This document shows, piece after piece, positions 14,301 through 26,331 of a stretch of DNA of 64,000 bases. Both the position numbers and the translations under genes were made by a program. Under the pieces are notes generated by a model. The model did not search any database. It worked only from the letters and a program-made list of their open reading frames with translations, and was not told the origin of the DNA. Position 1 is the first letter of the stretch; each line of letters opens with the position of its first letter. The DNA comes from Eimeria praecox (taxonomy: Eukaryota): the NCBI GenBank assembly GCA_963920595.1, contig OY986948.1, positions 2,046,001-2,110,000 of the forward strand, read 5' to 3'.

Positions 14301-14444
14301 CTGGTGCCGCGGCAGTTCCTCGCCCACTCCAGGCGGCTTGACTGCTGCTGCTCCATCCCGGCTTGAGCACTGTCCTTTTGTTTGCTGTTGCAGCTGGAGG
14401 GGGAAGAATCAGAGACTTTCTGGAGCCACTTTGCCAATGGCTGA
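8384..14444 (+). CDS. Dual-specificity protein phosphatase with two C-terminal gelsolin-like repeats (plant MKP1-like), ~1617 aa, 8 exons
   Basis: aaaATGG start; exons 8384-9508, 9660-11123, 11245-11367, 11561-11992, 12191-13079, 13365-13474, 13615-14274, 14394-14444 splice in phase (GT-AG). DSP motifs GITHVVN, HCKEGVSRS (11900-11926), AFLMW, SPNTGFTYQL; gelsolin-like motifs GVYML..GWVW, ISPGSEPPAFWRTLG, FDSEDL..VFLL..WLWVG, LEGEESETFW. Confidence 0.88.
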
Positions 14445-14694
14445 CTCATTCTTATGCTGAGGTTTCTTCAGTGTAGGAACCTCTTTGTTTGCTTTGTAAA
14501 TGGGTTCTGGCCAAGCGAGGAAGTTCGTCGCTCTTGAGAACACTTTAATGGTGCGATGGACAAAGTAATGGGCTCGTTGCTGCAGATACCGCTGCATAAC
14601 AGTGAAAAGAGCGGCAGTGATCTGCTCTTTTACGGACGAAAGTTCAGAAGGAGTGCTCACTTTTTTTTCACGGTGAAGCAGCAGCAAATGTAGC

Positions 14695-14805
14695 GGCAGC
14701 GGCTGCTGCTGCCGCATATTGAGGGAAAGGAGTCACTGGGGACTTCAGGCAGCAGCAGCTGCTACCGCTGCATATAGAGGGAGAGGAGTCGCTGGGGACT
14801 TCAGG
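14695..14805. repeat. Imperfect tandem duplication (~56-bp unit) downstream of the phosphatase
   Basis: gagggaaaggagtcactggggacttcagg (14721) vs gagggagaggagtcgctggggacttcagg (14777), each preceded by a similar gctgc..gcata tract. Confidence 0.8.
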
Positions 14806-16794
14806 TGTCCCCTTTTGTACAAAATGGAGAACGGCAAATGAAGAACGGACTTTATTTGTGTTCGAAACTCAAGTAGGAAGTGTCTCTTAGCCTAGGGAGA
14901 CTAGATTTTCCGCATATGTGCCTATCCACTGACGTAGACCATGCGCTTGTTCAGTTGCCAGCGGACTCCTTGTGGCGTGTACCTTCAATACCTCGCGACT
15001 TCGTCACTTCCTTTAGATTGGAAAGCGTTAGTTCATGCCAGTAGCCAATGTGGAGAGGATGCCTCTTTCGTGCAAAGCAGTCGGAACCCGCCAAGTGAAT
15101 AGCAACCGGTTGTTCCATAGGGTGCACACGCTAAGGGAGACTAAGACCCTTGGCCAGTAGTGGGCATAATAGTCTCCACAGCTGAGTAATTAGGGCAGAT
15201 TCACGAGGTTGGAAGGCCGCTGAGCTTGATGGCGCGGCTATTGCCCGGAAGGCAGTTAAGAGTGGCCTAGCCTACTTAACGCACTTACGGATGCCGCCGT
15301 GTGAAGCTAGAGGTGCCCAGAAGGGCCTTTTCACATGGAAGCTTCACTGCAAATGGTCCTAGCCACAAGCCAGTAACGCCAGTACCGCCGCCGACCATCA
15401 GCCCCACAAAAGCGAAGTGGCCGTGCAGCTTGCTTCAGCTGCCATTCATACCCTCGAGATAAGAGTGCCATGCGGTCGGCAGTCCAGCCTGCATAATCTG
15501 AAGTGCGTACTTTCATTATGGGAATGCTTTACCGTGTTGCCCTAGTAGAACGGAGTTTCTCCACTTCAAAAGCTTTGAAAGGCACTTCAACAAAGGTATG
15601 CAAGTTACGAACCCCACTCAACAAGCAAAGGCTTTCCCTATAATGCGGACCTACCCGATTCATCATGGGACTGCTCCTTCGATCATGCAGCCCACGTGCA
15701 AGGCTGCATTAAAGTAGTAACGTGTGCTTCTTCAACCCACGCAGCCCATAGTTCAAAAGCGTCTCGAGCTTGTCACTTACCACCGCAGACTAACACGCTT
15801 AGTTTACCCGTAGTTCATCATCATTGTGCCGTCGTGCTCATACTCGGCACATGGGGCTTTCGGTGCGTGAGGCATACGCGAGTAGCCTTTTTGTGTTTGT
15901 CAATGATTTTTGGTTACTATGCAGCTTTGCTACGTAGTGTTGACTACAAGAGCCTTGCACCAAGTCCACGCTCAAGTCCACGCTGCATAGACATCGCCAT
16001 TCCCCCCATCGGATTACACGTCAGTGCAGTGGGAAACTCCCAAGGAAATCCCAGTTCCGGAGCACTACATATCTGCCCCATTGATGAATTTACGTGCATT
16101 CTACATATACGTGGCTCAGCAAGCACTAATGGATTGGCCGCCGCATTTACTCGTGTGTTCTCATCGCGGTTTGGGAGGCAGCCGCTGCTTCTCTAGGAGC
16201 ATTCAGCTTCCCTACGCTCATGATAATGGTGTTCTGGATCCAAGAATTCTTAAATAATGTTCTTGCTAGGATTCAGTTGTGTGTGTGTGTGACCTTGAGA
16301 GGTTGCATAGCAACAGTGACAGCTGCTGCATGCAGACGCAGCCGAAGAGCGCTGGTGAAAAGCCCTTCTGAAGGATCGAAAGCACTCTCCGTTTCATTCA
16401 AGATGAGTTCTTTTCGTTTTCCAACTGTTGTTTATAAGTTGAAATTGGCCCTCTGCTTTTCGTGGCTACTGCGAACGCCTTGCCACGGGCGCAAACGCAG
16501 ATCGGCCTTTGGTCGTAGATATCTGTCTTTCCCGAGCCCTCACTACCAGAGGAAGAAAGAGGGCCCCTTCTCTTGCCCCGCATTCAATATTTAAAACGTT
16601 TCTTCTTTTTGCATGCTATTAGAGCACACGCTGCCTCTTTAAACGGTTTAGAGGCGGCGAAACGTGGTTTTCTTCTTCACTTCCCACCCCACGGCCAGAC
16701 CCATCAACTTGTCATTCTCAGTGTACTGCTCCCCCCCCAGGTTTTCCTTGCAGGGAATGCCTTCCCTCCCCTTGCTGTTTGGAGGGGAGGCGTG

Positions 16795-19700
16795 ATGCCC
16801 CTGTTGGGATTGGCGTCAAGAAGGCTTCTCAGCCCTCCTTCGCGAGAATTACCGCAGGTTGCTGCGAAGCATCTGTGTCAATATTGTGTCTGCTGCTCCT
16901 GCTCGTGCTCCTTTCCAGTCCCCTGTAGCTGGTTGATATCGCGCGCACAGTCTAAAACGACTCTAACTTCACTTGTTGATAGCCGAAGAACCCCGTTCGC
17001 GTCATCTTCCGTTGCCCCGCCTGGCGTCTATAGACCATTTCATATCTGGGCACAAACTGCACCTGGGTGGCGACGTTGCAGCTGCACTGTACAACAGCGC
17101 AGCCTTTTTTCTTCTTCTGTAATAATGGCAAAACCGGTCACGCGCTGGAGGCGCTCCGGGACTCGGGACGGTGTTGGCCTCCCAAGGGGGCCTGAAGCGA
17201 GCCCTCCTCCAGGGTCATCAACTCCTTCGGACCACCAGGCCCCAAGCCTGCCGAGAACCTTCTCTACTTTCCGTATGCAGGGGATTGCTTCCGCCTCCAA
17301 CGAGCCAGGGACCTTTCCTGCCCGGGAGGATAGCCTCCAGCGGGTTTCCTCCGGCGGAGCGTCTTCAGGCTTTTCTTCGCAATCGCCATCTTCAGTGGGG
17401 GCCCCTGGAGAAACGCCCAGATATAGTCTGGGGGTTCCAGATGGACCCCGCGGCAGCTTTGCACCCCCAGTTAGCCAAGGGTCTACGGGCAGTGACCCTC
17501 AGTCTGCTACTGCTCTTCTGTTCGGAAATAGGGGGCTGGAGCCTTTCAACAAGCTCACACTCGACGATGAGTACATCCTGCACTTTTACGGAGTCAGGCA
17601 GACGGTGCGTTGAGAACGGTCTGTATATTTACGGCACTGAGCGAATCACGCAACATGCTACCCAAGTTGCAGCGCATATGGGATATGTACACTTCCTCTT
17701 GCTCCCTATTCCCCCTGCAGATGCGTNNNNNNNNNNNNNNNNNNNNNNNNNNNNNNNNNNNNNNNNNNNNNNNNNNNNNNNNNNNNNNNNNNNNNNNNNN
17801 NNNNNNNNNNNNNNNNNNNNNNNNNNNNNNNNNNNNNNNNNNNNNNNNNNNNNNNNNNNNNNNNNNNNNNNNNNNNNNNNNNNNNNNNNNNNNNNNNNNN
17901 NNNNNNNNNNNNNNNNNNNNNNNNNNCCCCTGCAGATGCGTGAATCGCCTGCAGTGCTTCTCCCTTATCTGCATGCTGCGGATATGCCATGAATCGGGCT
18001 GCGCCCATTCTGCAGCGGAACGAACAGGCAGGGGAAGAGGGAGCGCAGCTCGGGGTCGCGTTAGCACTCTTCGTCTGCCTCCGATGTGCATGGAGGCATT
18101 GTGCAACTTTAACGCTCTCTGTTTTTGATTCAGTTTATGAAGCCGGCGGTTCAGGAACATTGCGAAAGGGCTCCGGGGGGAGGCAGCAATGGAGGGTTTC
18201 AGCACACACTCGTGTGGAATGTCAGAGGTCGCGAGTTCCGTGCTTCCGGTATCGGTCGATCTAAAAAGGACGCAAAGAAAGAGGCCGTTAAGGTCCTACT
18301 CGTGCAACTGGGGCCTGTGACTCCGCAGGTGAGCACTTCTAAACGACTACGCAGGGCTTCCTTACTGATATCACAGAGTAAAGGCGGCCCATTGCAGCTC
18401 TTTTTATTGTCTATGATGCTTGCGTGGAACCTACAGGAGTATGAGCAGGTCACCCGCGTGATTTTCAACACCCTTAGGGGAAGGCTAAATGCAAAGCAGA
18501 GGGCGATTCCCGTCTCTAGAATGAGTAAGGCTCCAATATTGCAGATTCATAACAAGAATGCCACACTCAAACTTCTTTTGTTGTACTTACAGCCTTCGGC
18601 GCTAGCCCACACTTCAGTGTACGCACAGATGTGCCTGTTCTTTCTCGGATCTGCCGTAAAAGATAAGCCCCTTATGCTGCGTAGGTAGAGGGAAATGCAG
18701 GGTTGGTGCTCGCGTGTGCGCGGTGCTTCACTTTGGGTTTGCCTCAGAGCACAGCTTCGAGTGGAATTTTTTGCTTGATGGAGAGAACACTGTCGTGGAG
18801 TCTACAGGAACTGGCTCTTTTCCAGTTGAGGCGGAGATCGCTGCCATGCAGGACATGTACATAAAAGTCCAGGAGGTGTGCGCTTCTGTTTGCTCATGTT
18901 TGCTCACAGCTACCCCTCCTGTCTCTGCCTGCCTGCATGATCTTTAAGGGAATGTTCGCAGCATTTGGCACATCCGCGAGCTCAGCATTTTCATTCATCC
19001 TGCACCAAATGAGCGTTGCCTGCAGTTGAAGGATAAGGGTTTGATGCGCCGCGCGGCGTTGAACGCTGAGGCGTCGAGAAACAGAAAGCAGCAGCCGCAG
19101 GAGCATCGTAGCCAGATCACCAGGCCTTCGCAGCTCTCCAAGCACACTGCAGGAGAAATAAACATGCTGCACAATACCGTCACCTCTCAGAACCAAATAA
19201 AAGCCACGGAAACCATCACGGAGGTTGCAGAAGGCCACCGTTGCTCTCTGGAGTGGAAGTGGAAATCGGCCGAGGGACGAATGCACTCTGTACGCACACA
19301 ACCCAACATTGTTCCACTTCTTGATGTAGAGCATTTACTTCCTGCATACAGGGCATGGATGCAACGAGCACTCGTGCTTTCAAATTTAGCGCAATAACTC
19401 TAGGGAAACCAGCGACGGATGTTGCCCCAGCTGTGTCTTTTCTGGCATTGCAGCATGTTATTGTTGCCGTTGGCTCCACTAAGGCAGGTGCCCGAGCTCA
19501 AGCAGCCATGCAAATGATGCAAGCGGCTGGCTTCATAGAACACGTCGAAGATAAAGACAGGCAGGCAGCCCTCTTGGTCGTTAACCAGGTGGAGAGCAAA
19601 AAGGTGAGGCCATTCGTAGGCATTTTCATGAAGCCTTGTGGCTATCGCACTGTCTTTACTCAGGCTGCCTGTCTTGGCTTTTAGAACGGCGTTGTAATTT

Positions 19701-22700
19701 TAGACTTGTTTGCTGCCTATGCTCAACGGCAGCTACTTCTCTGGAGCTTTCGGGTTTCGTGCATCGCCAACCCTGCCGCTGTTAGCGGCGGGACTGCATG
19801 CGTTCAGACAGTGTTCAGACAGCTTGCTTTATGCTGTGTGTTGGTCTGCTACAGGATCCGTCTGTGTACGTGGAGAGTGCTTGCCGTCTCATTGCGGAGA
19901 CGAGGGGAGCGGTCTGGCGTATTTTCCTTCCTGTCGTTTGGAGAGCGGCAATGGCCGAGGGGAACCGTTCACTTGTGAATTCTCTTATCGATCAGCTCAA
20001 GATGCAGGCGGCCCCCCGTCCTGCCGTTGCAGAACAAACTCGGGGTGTGCAGCAACCCTTCTCTCGAGTGGTTGCTTACTGATTGCCAGTGGTGTGTGCT
20101 TACGCAGCTTAGACAAACATAAAAAATGGCTGACGGGGCTGCCGCTGTGAGGGCTTTTGTGGTTATTAGGGGAAGGACAAAGCAGCCCCGAATCGCAAGA
20201 GACCGTCAAGGCATCTTATGACGCACCGAAAGTGATGCCTCCAGACCTCTGGGAGCAGCTCCTTGACGAGTGTACAGTCCTCACCAACTGCGAGTTTGGC
20301 CAGGTAGGTTGCGGAAATCCTGCGGAGGCGGCTGTTCAACAAGACCGCTAGGAGATTCGTGAGGGAGGAAGATGACGTCGTCACTTCCTTTTTGTGCTCC
20401 TTCATACTGTTCGTCACTCAGCAGCCTGCGAGGTGCCCATCAGTACGGTTGAGATGTGTGATGTTTGCAGTCCGTGCTCCACGAACTTGGGGGCCTGTCT
20501 CTAGATAGCAGCTGGTTCCCTTCTACACTGGCGATGCGTTATTTCCATAATTACAGGCACGTGCTGTTGCCCAACAGAGTTCAGTCCCCCATCCATGGAC
20601 AGTTGCCTGCCTCTGGCCTCAGCGTATTTGGCGCGCCTAGTTGTGTAGTTGACGGTATGGTGGTGCGTATGCATGGCTTGCTTCTCTCTTCAGGTTGATG
20701 CTTGCCCTCGAGTGGCAAGCCCAAGTTGCAACCAACATCAGCGACCGTCGTGCCTTTGCTGATCTGGGGGAAGGGAAACACGTGCTGCTCACGCGAAAGT
20801 CGGTGACCTTCCCGGTGTTTTCCTTCTCAACATACCTTAGAGGCAAGTACACACGGAGGAGCTCTTCCCTTGTTGACCGCATAGCAGATGTTTTCCCTTC
20901 TTTGATATTGGCAAGCAGAGACTGTAAACTTACAGCTGAGCTCACAGGTGGCCATAAATCGCGATCATCTGCCTTGCCCATTGGAGTAGAAGCAGTCAAA
21001 GCCTTGATTGCTTTATCATTGCATCTAGGCGTGCCGGTGTACTTCATGCGGATTACTAATTGTCGATTCCTAAACATTTGCGGGAGGATAAAGTGCCTCT
21101 TTATGCCGCTTGCTCGGCATGGCATGAATAAATTGCATGTGGAATTGTAGAGACTGCTGAACGAAACAGGCATAGCAGTGCTTGCACTGCGTGCTGCGAC
21201 AGATGATACGAAAAAAGTGATGGAAGTGGTTAAGAGGGGATTGCTTTACTGAATATGCATGGTTCTTTTCTGTTTCTTTCTTTGCACAGAGGAGGAACGT
21301 GTGTTCCTTAGGAGTGTACAGTTCAGGGAAGATGACATTGTTCTCCTGAGGCCATGTGACTCGCAGGCGTTTACTGAAGAAGAGTCGTGGGTGGGTAGAC
21401 CTGATGTGTTATGCGTTGCCAATGCTGGCGGTATTATTACTTTCGCCCCACTTGCAGATCCGCAAAGGTGGAATGGCAATGTTGGATACGCTGTTTTTTT
21501 GCATCAGATGCCCAGTGGCGTGCATGCTTCCCTTTGGGTTCCCAGTGCTTGGCGGCTGGATGGGGTTAGGAGTAGCGCGTTCTTTTATGGTGTGCCTTCC
21601 CGGTTCAATATGGCGGAGGTTTCTTTTGTTGCATTTCTACTTTGTGCAGCAACGATGCTTTGTGGGCGTGGTGACGAGTGTAAAGGGCGATTTCTCCGAG
21701 TCGATGAACGTGAACGTTCGCGTCGCCACGGCTGAAGTAAAGAAGTATCCAGAGGTCTTTAGTGAGGCTTTAATCTGTCTCTACTTAGAAAAACGGATAA
21801 GGGCAGCCCCCAGTGCCAGAAGCCAAGTGCCGATGAAATTTACATGGCAAGCGGAAATGCGTGTGCGTTTGCACCATTATTTGCACGCGTGTGCCTGTGC
21901 GTGCGTTGGCGTTCACCAGCCACCAGTAAATTCAAGCTCTACTATTTGACGCCTGCCGTGACGCACGATCGGATGGTTCAAGCGCTCCGGGGTCTTACGA
22001 TGTCGAAGCATCCTGCAGGGGTTAGTTGCTTTTATGGTCTTCCCGTGGGCAGTCCTGCATGTCGCGTACCATAAGTCCGTGGTTGGCATTGTGAGCAATG
22101 CTTCGAAAAATACTGCCGTTTCTTAGTTGGTTTTACACTTGCGTGGGTAGTTGGCTTTGCAAGTACCATAATTAAGGTGGGAATAGCGCGAATATTCTTC
22201 TCTCCCAACTGTTGTTGTGCTGACGCCGTGCACAGAAGTCACCGCCTCCCTACGTGTTCGCACCGGAGATCCGTTACCTTCTTCTTCACACAAGCGAGCC
22301 TCAGGCTCAGCAGGTCTCAGGCCGTAAGCTGCATATGCAAGGATACTGACACGATGAATAGCTGTTGCGTACGGGACTGAATGATTTTGCAAGAGGCGTG
22401 CTTTTGGAGAAAGCACCCAATATGTGTATGCAACTCAGAGGCGCAGGATAGGATATCCATAGGCTGGTGTACGAAGGCTACGCCTCTGTTATGCTACTGT
22501 TAAGCACAGATATGGGGCGATCGGCATTGCACATTAGTTGGCTTTTGACTGTTTGCTCCTACAGGGGGGCCGGTGCCACAGCTGAGCGACACAGATCCCG
22601 AGCAATATAACCCGTTACACCAGCTGGACGAATTGGCAGATGGCGACTCCTGCAAGAAACAACGAGTGCAGCCATCGCTGTTGCAGCACGTGGTGAGCTC

Positions 22701-25700
22701 TCGACGTAAGGGCTTAGGGGTAGTGAGGGTATACGACTGGTGGTTTCGAGCGCTGGGCAATTCCAGTGGAAGTGTTGTGCTGCTGTTATTTGCGCCTATT
22801 TATGCGCATATGCGCATATGCTGTCGAGCATGCATCATCTGTGCGTGTTTACTTGACGAATCAAATCGGATCTAAGCATCTCTGTCGCTGTTGTTGATGC
22901 TACGGTGCCCCTCAGTCTCTTCAGGCGCGGAGGCAAACCCCTTTTTCCAGCCGAAGCGCTGCGGACGAAGGCTACGACATGTTTGGAGATGGGTTCCGCC
23001 TTCCTACGGATTTGCCCCTTAACGAGGCTCAGCGGCAAGCAACGATTAGCGCGATGACGAATCGTCTAACTCTTGTTCAGGGTACGCTGCGACTGATTAT
23101 TTCTCACCAGCTACTGATTATTTGCAACCAGTGGCTGCGGATAAGCTTTAAAAGTTTTTCGCGTGAACATATCTATCCTGCACTCAGGACCTCCGGGGAC
23201 GGGGAAAACGCATGTGGCTTGCGCCATCATTGACGCTTGGCAGCGCATCAATCCGACAAAGAAGATTCTTGCCGTCGCAGACTCAAATGTTGCAGGTTTG
23301 TCGTAACTTTCCAGTTACGTTTAGATGGTACATGTCTGGCGCTGAATTTAGACCGTGGGGTCATGCATATCTGCGTCGCTGGAAGGAAGCTTGCAGGGTG
23401 TTTAGAATATATGAGCTGGGGTTGGTTCAAGCCCCGTGGTTGCTATCTACCTATCCATCAATTTTTCATATCTTTCTTGGTATGCATGTGCTGCCTACGC
23501 ACAGCTGACAATCTCATGGAGGGGCTTAGCAACCGAGGCATTCGCAGCGTCCGTGTAGGCAGCGGGAGTGAATCGGACTTAAAGGAGGAGTCAATTCAAG
23601 GTACTCAGCAGCTTTTCGCCCCTACGGTTTGTTTCTGACGTCTCTTTGTGCATAGTTTCTCTGCACGTGCATGCGCACCCTCGTAATACGAAAAAGGTTA
23701 AAAATTGGTCAGATGATTTCCCATTTTCCTTCAGACCTTCCTCGATATCGTGACCTTCTAAGAATGCGAGACAAGAATTCCGGGGAGGCGCGGAGTCTGC
23801 GCATGCTTCTGGTTCGGGAAGCCGTTCGGAAGTACAATGTGATCATCGCTACTTGTGTGGGCAGCGGGCACGAGATGTTCGACGATGTTACTTTCGAAAG
23901 GGTTATTATTGATGAATGCGCTCAGTCCATTGGTGCGTCTGTTACTGCTGCTTGCTGTTTGTCGCCGAAAGCTCAAACTATTTGGAGCACGTTTTAGTAC
24001 ATTGAAGTGTTGCGTACATGTCCATTTGCGGCATGCATCTGCAGAGCCTTCCAACCTAATCCCTCTCGGGCATGGCTGCCGCTCGGTGGTCCTCATCGGC
24101 GATCATAAACAGCTTCCACCGACAATCGTATCCAGGGAGGCTAGTGACGGCGGGTAGGACGCCACCTCCGAGTACAAGCGCATTTGCGGGCTTTGTTTGG
24201 GGCACTGTTCATCAGCCATTGAGCACCATTTTTGCGTGTAAGTGCGTTTCTTTGTCAGGCTCGGCGTTTCGCTTCTAGAAAGATTTGTTGGGAGCGGGAT
24301 CGCGCCGATCCACCTGCTAAATGAGCAACGCCGTATGCATCCGAGCATCGCATACTTTCCCAACATGCAGTTCTATCAAGGGAAGATCTTTAGTCGAGGT
24401 GGGTTTCTCCCGCTACTCTGGGTTTATGAGCACGCATTTGAGCGTGAGATGGCTTTCAGGGGGGTTCAAAGACCCAGATTTAATCGGAAGTATCCATGCG
24501 AATTGTGGGGTAGGCGGTGGCGTTTTTGTATGGATTTCTGGGTAGACTTTGCAGGGTATATTAGTTTCCTCAGGAGCAGGTTGTGAATGTTATTATTCGA
24601 TGATAATCGAAAATGGTCTGGGTTTGAGGTAGATTGCGTCTGCGCGTCGCTTGGTGGTATCCTCAGCGTGCACTGCATGGTAGTGTATATGTGATGCAGA
24701 CGTGGACGACTGTAACCGCCCTCCGGTCGCAGGTTTCCTATGGCCATCACCTCACAGTCGCGTTTGTCTTATTGACATTTCTGCTGGGCTCGCTAACATG
24801 GAGCAGTCTTTGGGGACGTCGAAGTACAGTCTTGTGTAAGCAACCACCCCACCGTACTCTTCACTTGCTTCAATGTCGGTTTAGATGGAGTTATCAGGCT
24901 TTTTTTCTGATTGCTGGAGGAACAGCATATTTTTCCTGTGTGCATGCTGGGGATTTTTGCCTAGAGTGGGCTGCTGGAGCCTCCGTCTGTCCCCCCTTGG
25001 ATACGAGCACATCGTGGATCTCCATGTCGTAATTCTCTGTGACACTGCATTTCAGGGAAATAGATCCGATCTTGGCGATATTGCGGTCAGTGTTGCAGTG
25101 CGGGACGATCCGTCCCAGCGAAATCGGCATCCTAACTCCGTACGATGCTCAGAAGGCACGAATTCGCTTCGCCTTGAACGACTCTTTCGTGAGTAAATGG
25201 CAGGCCGGAGACTGCAGACCTTTTTCTACGCAGTTCTGCTGGGGTTGGCAGAACTAAGTAAAAAGGGTCTGCAGTGCAATCTCATGGGTTCTGACGCGTT
25301 CCCCTTCGGCGCAGTTCGAACCCTTTTCTTGGCGTGTAGTGCGTTTGGCTCCGCACTTTTGTGAATCCTGTTCTAGTTGTGCAGGTAGAAAGAGTTATGT
25401 GGAGGTAGTTTGTTTGCTGGTGCCCTTTCAGGATAAGGCATTGTGCTACCAGATTGATGTCGACTCAGTGGATGGGTTCCAGGGCAAAGAAAAGGATCTT
25501 ATCATCTTTAGCGCTGTTCGTTCTAACCCACGAGGGGAAATCGGCTTCTTGAAAGACGCACGCCGACTGAACGTCATGCTGACGCGTGCTAGACGGGGCC
25601 TCCTTGTGGTCGGAGACCAGTTGTCTCTTTGGTAAGTGGTTGTACGCTGCATCACAGGAAATATTGATCTTCTGTTTCGCTCTTTTCTAGACTACCTTCC

Positions 25701-26331
25701 ATTTCTGCTGATGCGCTTGCCTATCAGGGCGGATACGGTGAACTGGAGACCGTGGATTTCTTGGGTTGGAAGCCAGTAAGACGGCAGAGACCTTTGGCTT
25801 ATCCGCGATGTTGTAGTTGTCCTTAGCCGGTGCACTTCCACCTGCCGTTAGTTCTTTACGCTCTCGTATCAGGCAGGGTGGGTTGCATGAACAGTCCTAG
25901 CTTGGTGCGTGGGATGATGCTGAAATGCAGGAGGTCCATTGTTCCCATTTCTCGCCTGAACGACTACCTTGAGGTGCCCACCTACAACTATAATCCCGTA
26001 GCTTCAGGAGCTGCTCGTGTTGGTGTAAATGCCACTGGCACGGGGGGTGTCGCTGCAGCCAACACGGGAGGAGGGGCGATAAAGACAGGATATATGCCGC
26101 AAGGATTCCAAGCAGATTTCGGCGGCGGTGGTGTCGGCGCAAGGGGGGAGGGAGGACGCGAAGCTCCACCCGAGCCTATGCTTGTAAGCTTAACTACAGT
26201 TTGCACTTCAGCACCACAACTTGTAGTGCGCTGCGTGCCTCCGAAGGTTGTTAGTGGTGCCGTAGTATTCTGCTCTGTTTTGTGACCAGGAAGAAGAGGA
26301 AGTGCCGGAAGACTGGGAACAGCATCTCTGA
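16795..26331 (+). CDS. UPF1-like superfamily 1 RNA helicase with three N-terminal dsRBM-like motifs, ~1447 aa, 27 exons (alternative start ATG 17125)
   Basis: Exons 16795-17604, 18134-18328, 18437-18524, 18748-18875, 19026-19289, 19454-19603, 19855-20044, 20170-20303, 20471-20556, 20694-20842, 21290-21390, 21650-21761, 21920-22020, 22236-22323, 22565-22692, 22925-23081, 23188-23295, 23505-23600, 23735-23932, 24045-24153, 24259-24398, 24700-24835, 25056-25188, 25432-25631, 25728-25775, 25931-26183, 26290-26331 give one open frame. Motifs [68 protein letters not shown]. Confidence 0.9.
17727..17926. other. Assembly gap (200 N) in intron 1 of the helicase
   Basis: Run of N flanked on both sides by the identical 15-mer cccctgcagatgcgt. 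Confidence 0.99.

Noticed and set aside
14850..16250. Possible gene or element remnant between the phosphatase and helicase
   Set aside because: Only short ORFs with no recognisable motif or consistent splice pattern.
16795..26331. Naming the helicase UPF1
   Set aside because: No CH zinc-binding domain; likely a paralogue, so no symbol given.
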